Positions 10,213 to 19,878 of a stretch of 64,000 nucleotides of DNA are shown in pieces; position 1 is the first letter of the stretch; each line of letters starts with the position of its first letter. The notes beneath the pieces are model-generated. The model saw only the letters and a program-made list of their open reading frames with translations. It was not told the DNA's origin and searched no databases. The translations under genes and the position numbers were made by a program. Location: NCBI GenBank assembly GCA_020725805.1, contig DYEF01000065.1, positions 40,349-104,348 on the forward strand, written 5' to 3'. Origin of the DNA: Bdellovibrio sp. Its GTDB lineage: Bacteria; Myxococcota; SpSt-1050.

Positions 10213-12483
10213 CTATTTGCAAAACGGATTGGACCCTATTTCGAGAGGATAGCTTTTGGCCTCCTTTATAAATTCATCTATCTGGGAACAACTATATGGA
10301 TTCAGAACCAATCCTCCGCTCTCTTTTCCCGACAGAGAACTTCTCAGAAAAGCAGCAGCCTGATACTGCGCCGATTCCCTGACCCCTTCGGTGAAACTCT
10401 TGAGGTAAAATATATGCTCCGCGGGGTCAAACTGATAATATGCCGCCGTTTGCATCTCCGAATGATAGGAACCCCGGTGCGGCGTCTGAACCTGAGGCAC
10501 ACCTTCAATAACCCTCAGTGCATCGACCTGCTCGAGTTTCATAAAGTTTCCGAGCATTTCGGTTCCGTTATGGGGGACCACCTTGTCATTCTTGGCCGCC
10601 TGTATTAGGACATTCATATTAACTCCGCCTTCGGTGAAGTATCTCTTCGTAAAATTCAGTACCTCAATCTCGTCTACAAGTGTCTGAATTGAGATAATGA
10701 ACGGGAGATACATATCCTTAAGTTCCCAGATTTCGCCGTTTTCAGAGAGGTCCAGAGAAAGTAGTTTATAGAAGGCCGCTGCGGGCACATTGAATACCGA
10801 TGCTCTGAAATCATTTATGAGACTGACAATCGAAATACCGAGAAAAGAACCGAGTGATTGTGAAGTGAACAAGGAATTACCGGCATCAAAATCCTGAATA
10901 CCGTCTCCTGATTCTTCACTGATTACAACGCCTTTTTCATCTGCAACGGAGGGAATAATATCTGTTTTGAGACCCTTCATCATTCGGTAAAATGCAATCG
11001 TATCAATCGCAGACTGCCTGAGCCAGTTTACCGTAGTAATCATATCGTTTACCTTTATAAAATCCAGTGACTGGGTATCGCAGTATAATCTCCCGTCTTC
11101 ACATCTCGGTTTACCCGAGCGAATACCGTGACCGATAATATCAATACCTCCGATTGCAAAGCCAAAGGACGAGAAAGTCCCGGCAAGTGCCATTGAAGTC
11201 TCCTTACACACCTCGAATGCGTGCTGAAATAGGACAAAAGGTGCCGGAGAGAGAATCCCTTTTTCCGTATCCTTTACCGGCAGTATAAGGATAAACTGAA
11301 TTCTGTTGTATTTGAGCGGCAGATATCTTTTTTTGGAAGAATCATAATTGAGCCTGTTCTTTTCATTGAGATAATAAGGCGAATCATAAAATCCGATGAT
11401 TATTGAATCCACGTTTCTGAAATCATAATCATAAAACTCGTCTATACTCTTGATATCCTCTGCACATGGGAGATATTCCTTCATCTTTTCGGTAAGTTTT
11501 CCTCCCTTGTCTATAGGTTTGAAGATGTCTGTAATCTCGACATTAAAATCAGACAGGCCGTCGATCTGCGATTTGATATCACTCATAATACCTACATTCT
11601 GATGAGTTCTGAATTTCGAAAACATAATAATATCCCTGCGGCTGATACCTGTTTTGTTTTCCAGCGCATCGAAAACAGGCTCAAGCAGTTTTCTGTATGG
11701 TTCGAGTTCGGGATAGCGGGATTCGACAGATTTTTTTAGCTTCAATGCCTCGAAATTTGCCGCAGTAGTAATACATTCCTCGGATTTTATCAGATTTCCC
11801 TCACTGTCTTCTATTCTGGCCCTGAGTCTGTTCGTAATCAGGAAGATATATTCACTCTCCTCTTTCAGGATTTCCCTTACCTGTGCAAAGAGAGTCCCTT
11901 CATTATTTGAATGAATCTCAAGCGGCACAAGGTCTTTCTCTATCTGTTCAATATCATTATTTGTCATCAGTGAATCGAGTGGCAGTAAGAAAACAGCATC
12001 TTCTGAAAACCTCATCTTATTGAATTTTTCCTTTACAAGAGGTGTAATTTTATATTTTCCCTCCTCACTGTTCAGCATAACAAATCTGGCCACAAGAAAA
12101 GGATAAGTCGGGAAACCGGTCAGCTCCTCCATCCCGTTCAGAAAAATATCCTTCGGATAGTTCAGTCTGATACCGGTGGGGCTTGATGAATCAATCTTTG
12201 TATAATAATCGTTCGGGAAGGGAAACATCTCGGCAGGAAGAGAGATTTCGGTTTTATTATAGGGGCCGTAGACTCCGGCTACACCACTTTCACACCTTAC
12301 TATATCTTCAGATACATCAGATGATACATCCGAAACCGCATCCGAAACGACATCTGAACCGGTATCTGAGATAATATCCGCGGACAAATCAGAAATATCG
12401 TCTGTAATATTCCCACCGTTTTCTGACGAGCAACCAGAGAGAATAACAAAAGGGAAAAGCAGAAAAATAAAAAGGGAACGCAT
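10213..12483 (-). CDS. large lipoprotein, function unknown
   Basis: Second ATG (12483) gives MRSLFIFLLFPFVILSGCSS with the RBS GGAGGA. An acidic DISDLSADIISDTGSDVVSDAVSDVSSDVSEDI tract follows the lipobox Cys. About 700 aa show no motif I recognise. Confidence 0.6.
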   Translation of the reverse strand: MRSLFIFLLFPFVILSGCSSENGGNITDDISDLSADIISDTGSDVVSDAVSDVSSDVSEDIVRCESGVAGVYGPYNKTEISLPAEMFPFPNDYYTKIDSSSPTGIRLNYPKDIFLNGMEELTGFPTYPFLVARFVMLNSEEGKYKITPLVKEKFNKMRFSEDAVFLLPLDSLMTNNDIEQIEKDLVPLEIHSNNEGTLFAQVREILKEESEYIFLITNRLRARIEDSEGNLIKSEECITTAANFEALKLKKSVESRYPELEPYRKLLEPVFDALENKTGISRRDIIMFSKFRTHQNVGIMSDIKSQIDGLSDFNVEITDIFKPIDKGGKLTEKMKEYLPCAEDIKSIDEFYDYDFRNVDSIIIGFYDSPYYLNEKNRLNYDSSKKRYLPLKYNRIQFILILPVKDTEKGILSPAPFVLFQHAFEVCKETSMALAGTFSSFGFAIGGIDIIGHGIRSGKPRCEDGRLYCDTQSLDFIKVNDMITTVNWLRQSAIDTIAFYRMMKGLKTDIIPSVADEKGVVISEESGDGIQDFDAGNSLFTSQSLGSFLGISIVSLINDFRASVFNVPAAAFYKLLSLDLSENGEIWELKDMYLPFIISIQTLVDEIEVLNFTKRYFTEGGVNMNVLIQAAKNDKVVPHNGTEMLGNFMKLEQVDALRVIEGVPQVQTPHRGSYHSEMQTAAYYQFDPAEHIFYLKSFTEGVRESAQYQAAAFLRSSLSGKESGGLVLNPYSCSQIDEFIKEAKSYPLEIGSNPFCK

Positions 12484-12547
12484 ATAATCCTCCCGTAAAT
12501 CTGACATATTCTATCATTCTAATTAATTCAAAAAAAGAAAATTTTAC

Positions 12548-13192
12548 CTAAAAATCATCTTTGGCTTTAGGTCTGTTTTCGATATCTTCTACCTTCTCTT
12601 CTACAAGTTTTCTTGTGTTTTCGAAGTGTTTGAGCATTTCCCTGCTGATAAAGACAACCCCTACCTTATCATCACATACTACAGCCATATTATAGTAGTT
12701 CTGATTCGATGATTTCATCTTTATGGTCATTTTGGAACATCTGTTTTCGATGACCTTTGTATCAAACGGAATATTCTTTTCAAGTTTACCCATAAATCCC
12801 TTGAAATACTTCAACATATCATTCTGACAGGACTTATCCATAAAAGCAATAAAACCCACATTTATCACAGACTGCTCTTCCTTATTATAGCACAATGCCT
12901 TATCTTTAGTCAGGGCGATACTCTCAATCTCTACACCTTCGCAGTTTTTATAATCATCCGAATCAGCAGTAGTATTGACTACATCGACTTTGAGTTTGTC
13001 AAATACGAGGTCAACCGTGTGTACATATGTTTTGTTTTCAATTGAACATTTCCGGGAAATATTAAAGGCCTGCGTACCTTTCAGGTCCTCTGTCAGATAT
13101 TTATACACAAGCCCTACACCCTCCTCGAACTGATATGCAGGGTCCTTCACCTCGGAAAAAATAAGAAGATATAATATCAGCAGCTTTGTCAT
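12548..13192 (-). CDS. secreted hypothetical protein
   Basis: 214 aa with an N-terminal signal-like segment MTKLLILYLLIFS and several Cys. It starts 3 nt after the stop of the upstream gene. Confidence 0.5.
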   Translation of the reverse strand: MTKLLILYLLIFSEVKDPAYQFEEGVGLVYKYLTEDLKGTQAFNISRKCSIENKTYVHTVDLVFDKLKVDVVNTTADSDDYKNCEGVEIESIALTKDKALCYNKEEQSVINVGFIAFMDKSCQNDMLKYFKGFMGKLEKNIPFDTKVIENRCSKMTIKMKSSNQNYYNMAVVCDDKVGVVFISREMLKHFENTRKLVEEKVEDIENRPKAKDDF

Positions 13193-13195
13193 ATA

Positions 13196-13468
13196 TTAAC
13201 CAAGAACCTCGTTCAGTTTTTCCTGTATTGAGTCAACAATCTGTTTTTCCATAATTCTTAGTAAAAATCCCAGAGTTAATTCCCCTTCAATAGAATTATC
13301 CATAATCACAAATTGTCCTTTTGCTCCGGAACCCTCAAAATTAACGACATAATCACTTTCCCATCTATAATTCAGATTATACCTGTTTGCAAATTCAGGA
13401 ATAACATTCGCAATCCTTTTTTTAGCCTCTTCTTTCCCCAAGGAATGATTCTTAACAATTCTTGCCAT
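13196..13468 (-). CDS. putative polyhydroxyalkanoic acid system family protein (PHA_gran_rgn-like), ~90 aa
   Basis: From the internal Met: MARIVKNHSLGKEEAKKRIANVIPEFANRYNLNYRWESDYVVNFEGSGAKGQFVIMDNSIEGELTLGFLL. The H..G..A...I...Y.L.Y.W.GD...F.GSG.KG..........L.L.GFLL pattern matches that small family as I recall it. Confidence 0.45.
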   Translation of the reverse strand: MARIVKNHSLGKEEAKKRIANVIPEFANRYNLNYRWESDYVVNFEGSGAKGQFVIMDNSIEGELTLGFLLRIMEKQIVDSIQEKLNEVLG

Positions 13469-13585
13469 AAAAATCCTCCTGACAGATAGACATCTACCAA
13501 AACACACTATAAAAGTAAAGAATTTATATCCATCATTATGAACCCGCAGAGCTTACAAATTCAGATAAACACCTAATAATTCAGT

Positions 13586-15154
13586 CTACGACTGCATCCT
13601 GTTTTGTGAATCCGTCCTATCAGTAACTAACTTCCCGGAAATATCTTTTTCATAGAAGAGATTGGAGATACGGTCTGTAATAATCTGCAGCATAATAGAG
13701 CTCTCCTGTGAAATCCTTGTTCTCTCGGAAAACCAGACGAATCTGACATCCATATCTACCGAATTGAGCAGATTCTCCTGAGCATCAACTGTAAGCTCTT
13801 CATCAGAATACGGTTTGCTGTATTTTATTACCGGGAATCTTGCAATAACGGTAGGACGTTTCTGCGTATCATCGTAATCAGGATTTCTGATAAGCAGAAG
13901 GCTTTCTTCCTTATCGCCTGATTTTCTGGTGACCTCAAAGGAGAATATCTCTGTCTTTACTATAAAATCCCTCATAACACTTATAAAATCATCTGCATTT
14001 TTTACCTCATCAAATCTTTTCAGAAACTCAGGCAGATAAAACCGGAACAACTCCGCGTGATGTGAATGGAGAGGCTGTGAATATGACAATGCATATCTGA
14101 TATATGAAAATCCCCCGATAAACCTGACGATACCGATGGTAATAACCATAAGGGCCAAAAGCGCTATACCTACCTGCAGAGAATCCCCGAAATATGAAAA
14201 AATCGCTGCAAGGGCAAATACAATACTGATTGTATAAAGGATTACTACTGTCTTTCTCTGCGAATACCCCTTCTGAAGAAGTCTGTGGTGGATATGACCG
14301 CGGTCGGGAGAGAAGATAGGCCGTTTCAGAATAAATCTCCTGAACATAGCAACTAAAGTATCCATAATCGGAAGCCCGAGACTGATTATCGGAATCAGGA
14401 GTGCCACAGTCGTCCCCTTCTTCATAGATGTCCATAGCGAAGAGGTCGCAAGGATATAACCTATAAACATTGAACCTGTATCACCCATAAATACCGAGGC
14501 AGGATTGAAATTATAATATAAAAAGCCAAGAAGTGCCCCTCCAAGGGCGGCAGATATAAGACAAATTATTATATTATTCGAAGCAAAACCGAAGACAAAG
14601 TTCGTCACACAGACAAAGAATGCCAGACCGGCTGCAAGACCATCGATACCATCCACCAGATTAATTGCGTTTATTATTCCGACTATCCAGAGGAGTGTAA
14701 CAACCGGTGCAAATATTCCCATCTCCACGACACCGATGAACGGGAGCGATATGCTCTGTATCTTGAAACCCATAGCATAGCTGAATATCGCAACGATGGA
14801 CTGTAGAAAGAACTTCCTCGATGCCTTCAGTCCGTACAGATCATCGATTAATCCTATGGCAGCAACGACAACCCCTCCTGCAATAAGGGAGACCGACATC
14901 TTATAATCGGATATAAATACCCCGCCGACACCGCTCTTTACGAAGAACAGACCAATGAGAGGAGTAATAAACGCAATAAGTATTCCTATACCACCTGTCC
15001 TCGGAATCAGTCTCTGATGAATAGTCCTTGCAGACCTCTGAGGGTCATCCAGCCACTTGTATTTTATCGATATATTCCTAATAAGCGGAACGAGTATCAG
15101 TGAAATCAGAAGGGAGAGAAAGAAGGCAATGGTATATGTAGTCGGGAACGTCAT
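13586..15154 (-). CDS. glycosyltransferase family 4 (MraY/WecA-like polyprenyl-phosphate sugar-1-phosphate transferase) with a C-terminal extension
   Basis: Multi-pass membrane protein with the conserved Asp-rich motif GLIDDLYGLKA and INLVDGIDGLA. The ~330-aa transferase core is followed by a ~190-aa soluble tail. Confidence 0.75.
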   Translation of the reverse strand: MTFPTTYTIAFFLSLLISLILVPLIRNISIKYKWLDDPQRSARTIHQRLIPRTGGIGILIAFITPLIGLFFVKSGVGGVFISDYKMSVSLIAGGVVVAAIGLIDDLYGLKASRKFFLQSIVAIFSYAMGFKIQSISLPFIGVVEMGIFAPVVTLLWIVGIINAINLVDGIDGLAAGLAFFVCVTNFVFGFASNNIIICLISAALGGALLGFLYYNFNPASVFMGDTGSMFIGYILATSSLWTSMKKGTTVALLIPIISLGLPIMDTLVAMFRRFILKRPIFSPDRGHIHHRLLQKGYSQRKTVVILYTISIVFALAAIFSYFGDSLQVGIALLALMVITIGIVRFIGGFSYIRYALSYSQPLHSHHAELFRFYLPEFLKRFDEVKNADDFISVMRDFIVKTEIFSFEVTRKSGDKEESLLLIRNPDYDDTQKRPTVIARFPVIKYSKPYSDEELTVDAQENLLNSVDMDVRFVWFSERTRISQESSIMLQIITDRISNLFYEKDISGKLVTDRTDSQNRMQS

Positions 15155-15220
15155 ATCTGTATATTATCAAATCCTTTAATCATTTTTTCAATAAAAATAA
15201 TTTATAAAAACTTCCTGTGC

Positions 15221-16558
15221 TCAACACGGCACAATACTTCCATACAGGTCATAGCTGTCCGCATCCTCTATCCTGACCTTTACAAATCCGCGGCACCTCT
15301 TCTGACTCTTCCTGATAAAGACCATACCGTCAATCTCAGGGGCCTGTCCGTAATATCTGCCCAGATAAAATTCCTTTTCCTCAGAATCAATAAGCACATC
15401 GTAAACTCTGCCGATATGCTGCTGATTCAGATTGTAGGATATCAGTTCCTGAGTTTCATATAATTTCTGATATCTCTTCTTTATCGTTCTGATATCAACC
15501 TTCTTCGGGAGGTTATACGCCTGAGTCCCCTCCTCATCCGAATATTCGAAAAATCCGACGTTATTCAGTTTATACTCCGACAGAAACCTCATAAGTTCAT
15601 TAAAATCCGATACTGACTCACCCGGAAAGCCGGTTATAAATGCAGACCTCAGCACAACATCCGGTATTGCACTCCTGATATCCGAAATCAGTTTTCTGAT
15701 AAATACCGAACCGTGCCCCCGTCTCATCAGCCTGAGAATTCTGTCACTTATATGCTGAAGAGGCATATCGATATAATGAACTATTCTGTTGCTCCTGCAT
15801 ATCAGTTCGAGCAATTCCTTTCTGATACGGCGCGGATAGAGATAGTAAAGCCTAATCCAGAAGGAACCAGAAAGAGTATCGATCTCCCTCAAAAGGGTCA
15901 TCAGGCCATCTCTGTAACCAAGGTCAAATCCGTATGCCGTCAGGTCCTGCGAAACAAGTCCGATTTCATAATATCCTGCCTTAACGAGATTCTCTGCCTC
16001 CTTCAGTATGTCATCCACCCTTCTGCTCCTGTACCTGCCCTTTATGTGCGGGATGGCGCAGAACGAACATCTGTTAGAACAGCCGTCTGCAATCTTTATA
16101 TATGTGCTGCTGCCGGATAAGAATCTGTAATCCCTTTGTGAATACCTGTATAGCATACTCACCGGCTTCTTCTGACCATGATAACGTTTTGAACGTCTGC
16201 CGCTTACTATATCAACGACTATTCTGTCAATTTTCTGATATTCATCTGAACCGATAAAGCCATCGACCTCGGGCAGAAGGTTCTCTATCTCATGGCTGTA
16301 TCTCTGGGCAAGACAACCGAGTAAAATTATCTTCTGACTATCCTTTCTGCTGCGGTGAAATGAAAATACGGTATCAAGGGTCTCCTCTTTCGAGGCCTTT
16401 ATAAATCCGCAGGAATTTATCAGAATCACATCAGCCTTTTCAGGTTTATCAGTCCTTATAAATCCTTTTGTCAGAAGTAACGATAAAAGTACATCACTGT
16501 CTACCTCATTCTTGGGACAACCGAGAGTATGGATATAAAAGAGAAAGCCCTTCTGCAT
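15221..16558 (-). CDS. rimO: MiaB/RimO family radical SAM methylthiotransferase (RimO-like by size and N-terminus)
   Basis: MTTase N-domain LGCPKNEVDSD, radical SAM CSNRCSFC, and a C-terminal TRAM-like region. 445 aa. Confidence 0.7.
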   Translation of the reverse strand: MQKGFLFYIHTLGCPKNEVDSDVLLSLLLTKGFIRTDKPEKADVILINSCGFIKASKEETLDTVFSFHRSRKDSQKIILLGCLAQRYSHEIENLLPEVDGFIGSDEYQKIDRIVVDIVSGRRSKRYHGQKKPVSMLYRYSQRDYRFLSGSSTYIKIADGCSNRCSFCAIPHIKGRYRSRRVDDILKEAENLVKAGYYEIGLVSQDLTAYGFDLGYRDGLMTLLREIDTLSGSFWIRLYYLYPRRIRKELLELICRSNRIVHYIDMPLQHISDRILRLMRRGHGSVFIRKLISDIRSAIPDVVLRSAFITGFPGESVSDFNELMRFLSEYKLNNVGFFEYSDEEGTQAYNLPKKVDIRTIKKRYQKLYETQELISYNLNQQHIGRVYDVLIDSEEKEFYLGRYYGQAPEIDGMVFIRKSQKRCRGFVKVRIEDADSYDLYGSIVPC

Positions 16559-16566
16559 ATCAGAAT

Positions 16567-17202
16567 CTACTTGAACATATCCTTTGGCAACGGAGAGACC
16601 TCTGCATCATCCGGTATCTTAAAACTGAAAAAGGAGTCCTTCAGTCCCGTATCAAATTCCAGATTCCTGAAATGAAAGACATTCCTGTTACCGATTTTGT
16701 CAGTAATCTCTATCTTCTCAACGTTGTACGTCTTTTTCCTCAGATGAATGACAAGACGGGCAATCTGGGCAGATTCCTCCCGGGGGACAAGAAGTAATCT
16801 GAAAAATTCAGCCTCCTCGTCGGCCTTTTCGACATTGAATTCTCTCTCTATACTGCCTTCACCATAGAGAAAGAGAAGAACAAGTTTTATCTGCGAAGAC
16901 TTAAAATCATCATCCACATAAACTATGCCGTCATCCTTGAGATATACCCAGAGATTATTCCCCTTTATTACGAAATCCTTCTGCTTGGGAGTCTTGTAAT
17001 TCCATCTGAACATACCACTCTTTTTATAGTACAGAACACCGGTCGATTCCATCAGGAGGGTACCATTCGAACCATAATACGACTGAATGAATTCCGCCTT
17101 GAAATCCTTTATTTTATCATAACGGCTCTGAAGCAGACTTACGATATCGGGATTCTTATCGTACAGAAACAACACAGCAAAAGCCAGAAAGATTCTCATC
17201 AT
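16567..17202 (-). CDS. LolA-like outer-membrane lipoprotein carrier protein
   Basis: 211 aa with a signal peptide and a LolA-like pattern (RYDKIKDFKAEFIQSYY...GVLYYKKSGMFRWNY). It is adjacent to a Lol-type ABC transporter. Confidence 0.65.
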   Translation of the reverse strand: MMRIFLAFAVLFLYDKNPDIVSLLQSRYDKIKDFKAEFIQSYYGSNGTLLMESTGVLYYKKSGMFRWNYKTPKQKDFVIKGNNLWVYLKDDGIVYVDDDFKSSQIKLVLLFLYGEGSIEREFNVEKADEEAEFFRLLLVPREESAQIARLVIHLRKKTYNVEKIEITDKIGNRNVFHFRNLEFDTGLKDSFFSFKIPDDAEVSPLPKDMFK

Positions 17203-17915
17203 TTTTTCTCTCCTGCCTTCTCGAATTTATATGATACCCCGTCTTTCAGGATTATCCTGAAATAGCTATAATCCAATACTTTCAGATTGCTCTCCTTTTC
17301 CTTCATATAAGTGACCGAGTCAGGTTTACCGAATATTATTATTACCTCATTCTCGCCAAGACCTGTTGCAAAACTCTTGTTGAAAACGGCCTCACGCGCC
17401 TCAGCACTCAGACCCTTAAGATAACTGTCGGCACTATTCTGTGAAAAAATCTCATAGAAGAGGTTGTAGAATTCATCGGGATTATCCACATCCGGTCTTA
17501 TAACCGCAATACAATTTTTATAACCCGATAGTTTATCAACCTTAAGATAAACCCATGGATAGAACCTTGGCGTCAGAAGAGGCCTGTTTGCAGGGGGAAA
17601 TTCTACCCTTTCAATCATTACTTCCGTATTAAAAGGTATAATACCCTTTTCGGTGCCGGGCAGAATGGGTTTTCCGTCAATACCTTCCAGATACACCGTT
17701 TCACTGAATCTTCGGGTCGAGAGCAGGCAGGTCTCCGAATTGCCGTAAAAATCACCGTAATAGAAGGAATATTTTACAAAAAAACGTTTTTCCCTGAGGC
17801 TTTCATTTATATTCTTCTGATTCTCCTCGCTCATTCTGATATTTTTCTGGCAGGTTGCACCATAAAACATAAAGACCAGAAGCATTGTTGCAGATAAATA
17901 ATATTTCATAAACAA
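17199..17915 (-). CDS. secreted hypothetical protein (possible BamE/SmpA-OmlA-like C-terminus)
   Basis: 238 aa with a signal peptide. It overlaps both the lolA-like gene and the permease gene by 4 nt. The C-terminal IIIFGKPDSVTY...YSYFRIILKDG weakly resembles BamE. Confidence 0.45.
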   Translation of the reverse strand: MFMKYYLSATMLLVFMFYGATCQKNIRMSEENQKNINESLREKRFFVKYSFYYGDFYGNSETCLLSTRRFSETVYLEGIDGKPILPGTEKGIIPFNTEVMIERVEFPPANRPLLTPRFYPWVYLKVDKLSGYKNCIAVIRPDVDNPDEFYNLFYEIFSQNSADSYLKGLSAEAREAVFNKSFATGLGENEVIIIFGKPDSVTYMKEKESNLKVLDYSYFRIILKDGVSYKFEKAGEKK

Positions 17916-17921
17916 CTCCCT

Positions 17922-19196
17922 CTACATCGTTATCGCCTTTGCCGGGTCTATCCTTGATGCCCTTATCGACGGGAGAAGAGCACCGATTGCACAGAAGAGA
18001 ACAGAAAAGGCTATTGCCACAAGAAAGATATAAAGATTCGGCTCAAAAAATGTATCCGGTTTATAGGGAAAATCCGGAATTCTGCTCTTTGCAAAGTAAT
18101 CCGTCAGCCTGATAAAGAGATACCCTGCAAATACCCCCGTAAGGCCGTTTATCAGTCCCGCAACGGATGCCTCGAAGAATATCATATATCTTATGTTCCC
18201 CTTTGTAGCCCCTACAGCCCTCAATATACCTATCTCACGCCTCCTTTCATATACAAGGAGAGCAAATGTATTGGAGATATTGATTGCCGAAAGTGCCACA
18301 ATAAGAATCGAGAGCATCCCGAGGAAGAGTGTTGCTATGCTTATAACACCTCCGATTGTCTTCCTCGTCTTGTCTATCTCGAGACCCATTGCAGTTATCT
18401 CCGAAGTAATTTCAGGCACCATCTGTGAACCCGAGGCAAGTACATACAGTTTCTTGTACTTGTTTATCTCGCCTGTCCCGTCGATATCCTTTTTGAATTT
18501 TCTTACATATTCAATGGGTATCGTAATCCCGAGCAGAATTGCCTTGTCCGAGAATCCTACCAGCTGGCACTCATACTCCTTTACCTTTGATGAATCCTTT
18601 GTACCGGCAAGATAACTCTTACCTACCACAAGTTTGAATCTGAAGCCTATAATGGCATCCGGAGTAAGACGCGGAAGTTTCATTGCCTGAGCGATATTGG
18701 AATTATAGAGTTCGAGCAGATGTTTTGAGACTATAACCGGTATGGGGCCATCCTCATTGTACTCGAACCTGAAATCCTTTCTGATATCATCTTTAACGAT
18801 TTCGGTGTCTATACCGGTGGCGGCAAGGTCGGTCACTATTCTTCTCGAATAGAACTCCCCTCTTGCCTGAATTGGAATATCAAGAACAACCTCCTTATAC
18901 ACGCCCTTTACGCCATTGATCGAGGAGATTGCCTCTGCCGTTGAATCCTCTATATTGGAAGACGATATGCCACCGAACGAAAAGATACCTATAGTTGAAC
19001 TCTTGGGTGTAACCTCGATTATGTTTACAGGCAGCTGGGCCAGTATCTTGCCGAATACAACCGACTTGATTCCGTTTCCAAGTGAGACAAAGAAGACAAA
19101 AGATGTAATTCCGAAGATTATTCCGACAGATGAGAGAAGAACTGCCTTCCTGTTTCTTATGAGATTTTTTACTGCAAGAGCCGAAATTCCATTCAT
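17922..19196 (-). CDS. FtsX-like ABC transporter permease (LolC/E / MacB-type)
   Basis: 424 aa with an N-terminal TM helix, a large periplasmic domain and three C-terminal TM helices, the FtsX/MacB topology. It starts 2 nt after the ATPase gene. Confidence 0.75.
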   Translation of the reverse strand: MNGISALAVKNLIRNRKAVLLSSVGIIFGITSFVFFVSLGNGIKSVVFGKILAQLPVNIIEVTPKSSTIGIFSFGGISSSNIEDSTAEAISSINGVKGVYKEVVLDIPIQARGEFYSRRIVTDLAATGIDTEIVKDDIRKDFRFEYNEDGPIPVIVSKHLLELYNSNIAQAMKLPRLTPDAIIGFRFKLVVGKSYLAGTKDSSKVKEYECQLVGFSDKAILLGITIPIEYVRKFKKDIDGTGEINKYKKLYVLASGSQMVPEITSEITAMGLEIDKTRKTIGGVISIATLFLGMLSILIVALSAINISNTFALLVYERRREIGILRAVGATKGNIRYMIFFEASVAGLINGLTGVFAGYLFIRLTDYFAKSRIPDFPYKPDTFFEPNLYIFLVAIAFSVLFCAIGALLPSIRASRIDPAKAITM

Positions 19197-19197
19197 A

Positions 19198-19878
19198 TCA
19201 TACCCTCACGAGCCTTCGTTCCCTTATGGCATAAATTTCATCTGCAATTTTCGTAATTCTCTCCTCGTGTGTCACCATCAGAAATGTTACATTCATCTCC
19301 TTTTTTATGGACATAAAAAGTTCAAGTATCGCTCCTGCAGTAATATCGTCCAGATCGCCTGTAGGCTCGTCGCAGAGGAGGACATCAGGTTTCATAAGAA
19401 GCGCACGGGCTATCGCCACACGTTGTTTCTCCCCGCCTGAGAGAGTAGGAGGATACTGATTCATCCTGTGTGTGAGCTGAACCCGTTCGAAGAGATAATC
19501 CACCCTCTTCTCAATATCCTTAATCTCCTCATGGTAAAAATATGACGGCAGGGATACATTCTCACGACAGTTAAGGTGGTCGAGCAGATTAAAATGCTGA
19601 AAAATAAAACCTATCTTCTCATTTCTGAATCTGCTGAGTTCCTTATCGGAGAGATTCTTGAGTCTTACACCTCCCACGACAGCCTCGCCTTCATACGAAC
19701 TGTCGAGTCCACCGATTATATTGAGCAATGTCGATTTACCTGAACCTGACGGACCGATTATTGCTACGATACTGCCTCTTTCAATACTGAGACTTACTCC
19801 TTCAATAATTGACTTTCTTACACCGTCAAAGAGAAAGGATTTTCCGACATCTTTAAGTTCTATCAGAGGCATAATCAC
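19198..19878 (-). CDS. ABC transporter ATP-binding protein (LolD/MacB-type)
   Basis: Walker A GPSGSGKST, signature LSGGEKQRVAIARAL, Walker B LLCDEPTGDLD. 226 aa. Confidence 0.85.
   Translation of the reverse strand: MIMPLIELKDVGKSFLFDGVRKSIIEGVSLSIERGSIVAIIGPSGSGKSTLLNIIGGLDSSYEGEAVVGGVRLKNLSDKELSRFRNEKIGFIFQHFNLLDHLNCRENVSLPSYFYHEEIKDIEKRVDYLFERVQLTHRMNQYPPTLSGGEKQRVAIARALLMKPDVLLCDEPTGDLDDITAGAILELFMSIKKEMNVTFLMVTHEERITKIADEIYAIRERRLVRV

Noticed and set aside
14028-14435. 135-aa minus-strand ORF in an alternative frame inside the GT4 transferase gene
   Set aside because: It lies wholly within the longer, motif-supported 522-aa reading frame on the same strand, so it is a frame artefact.
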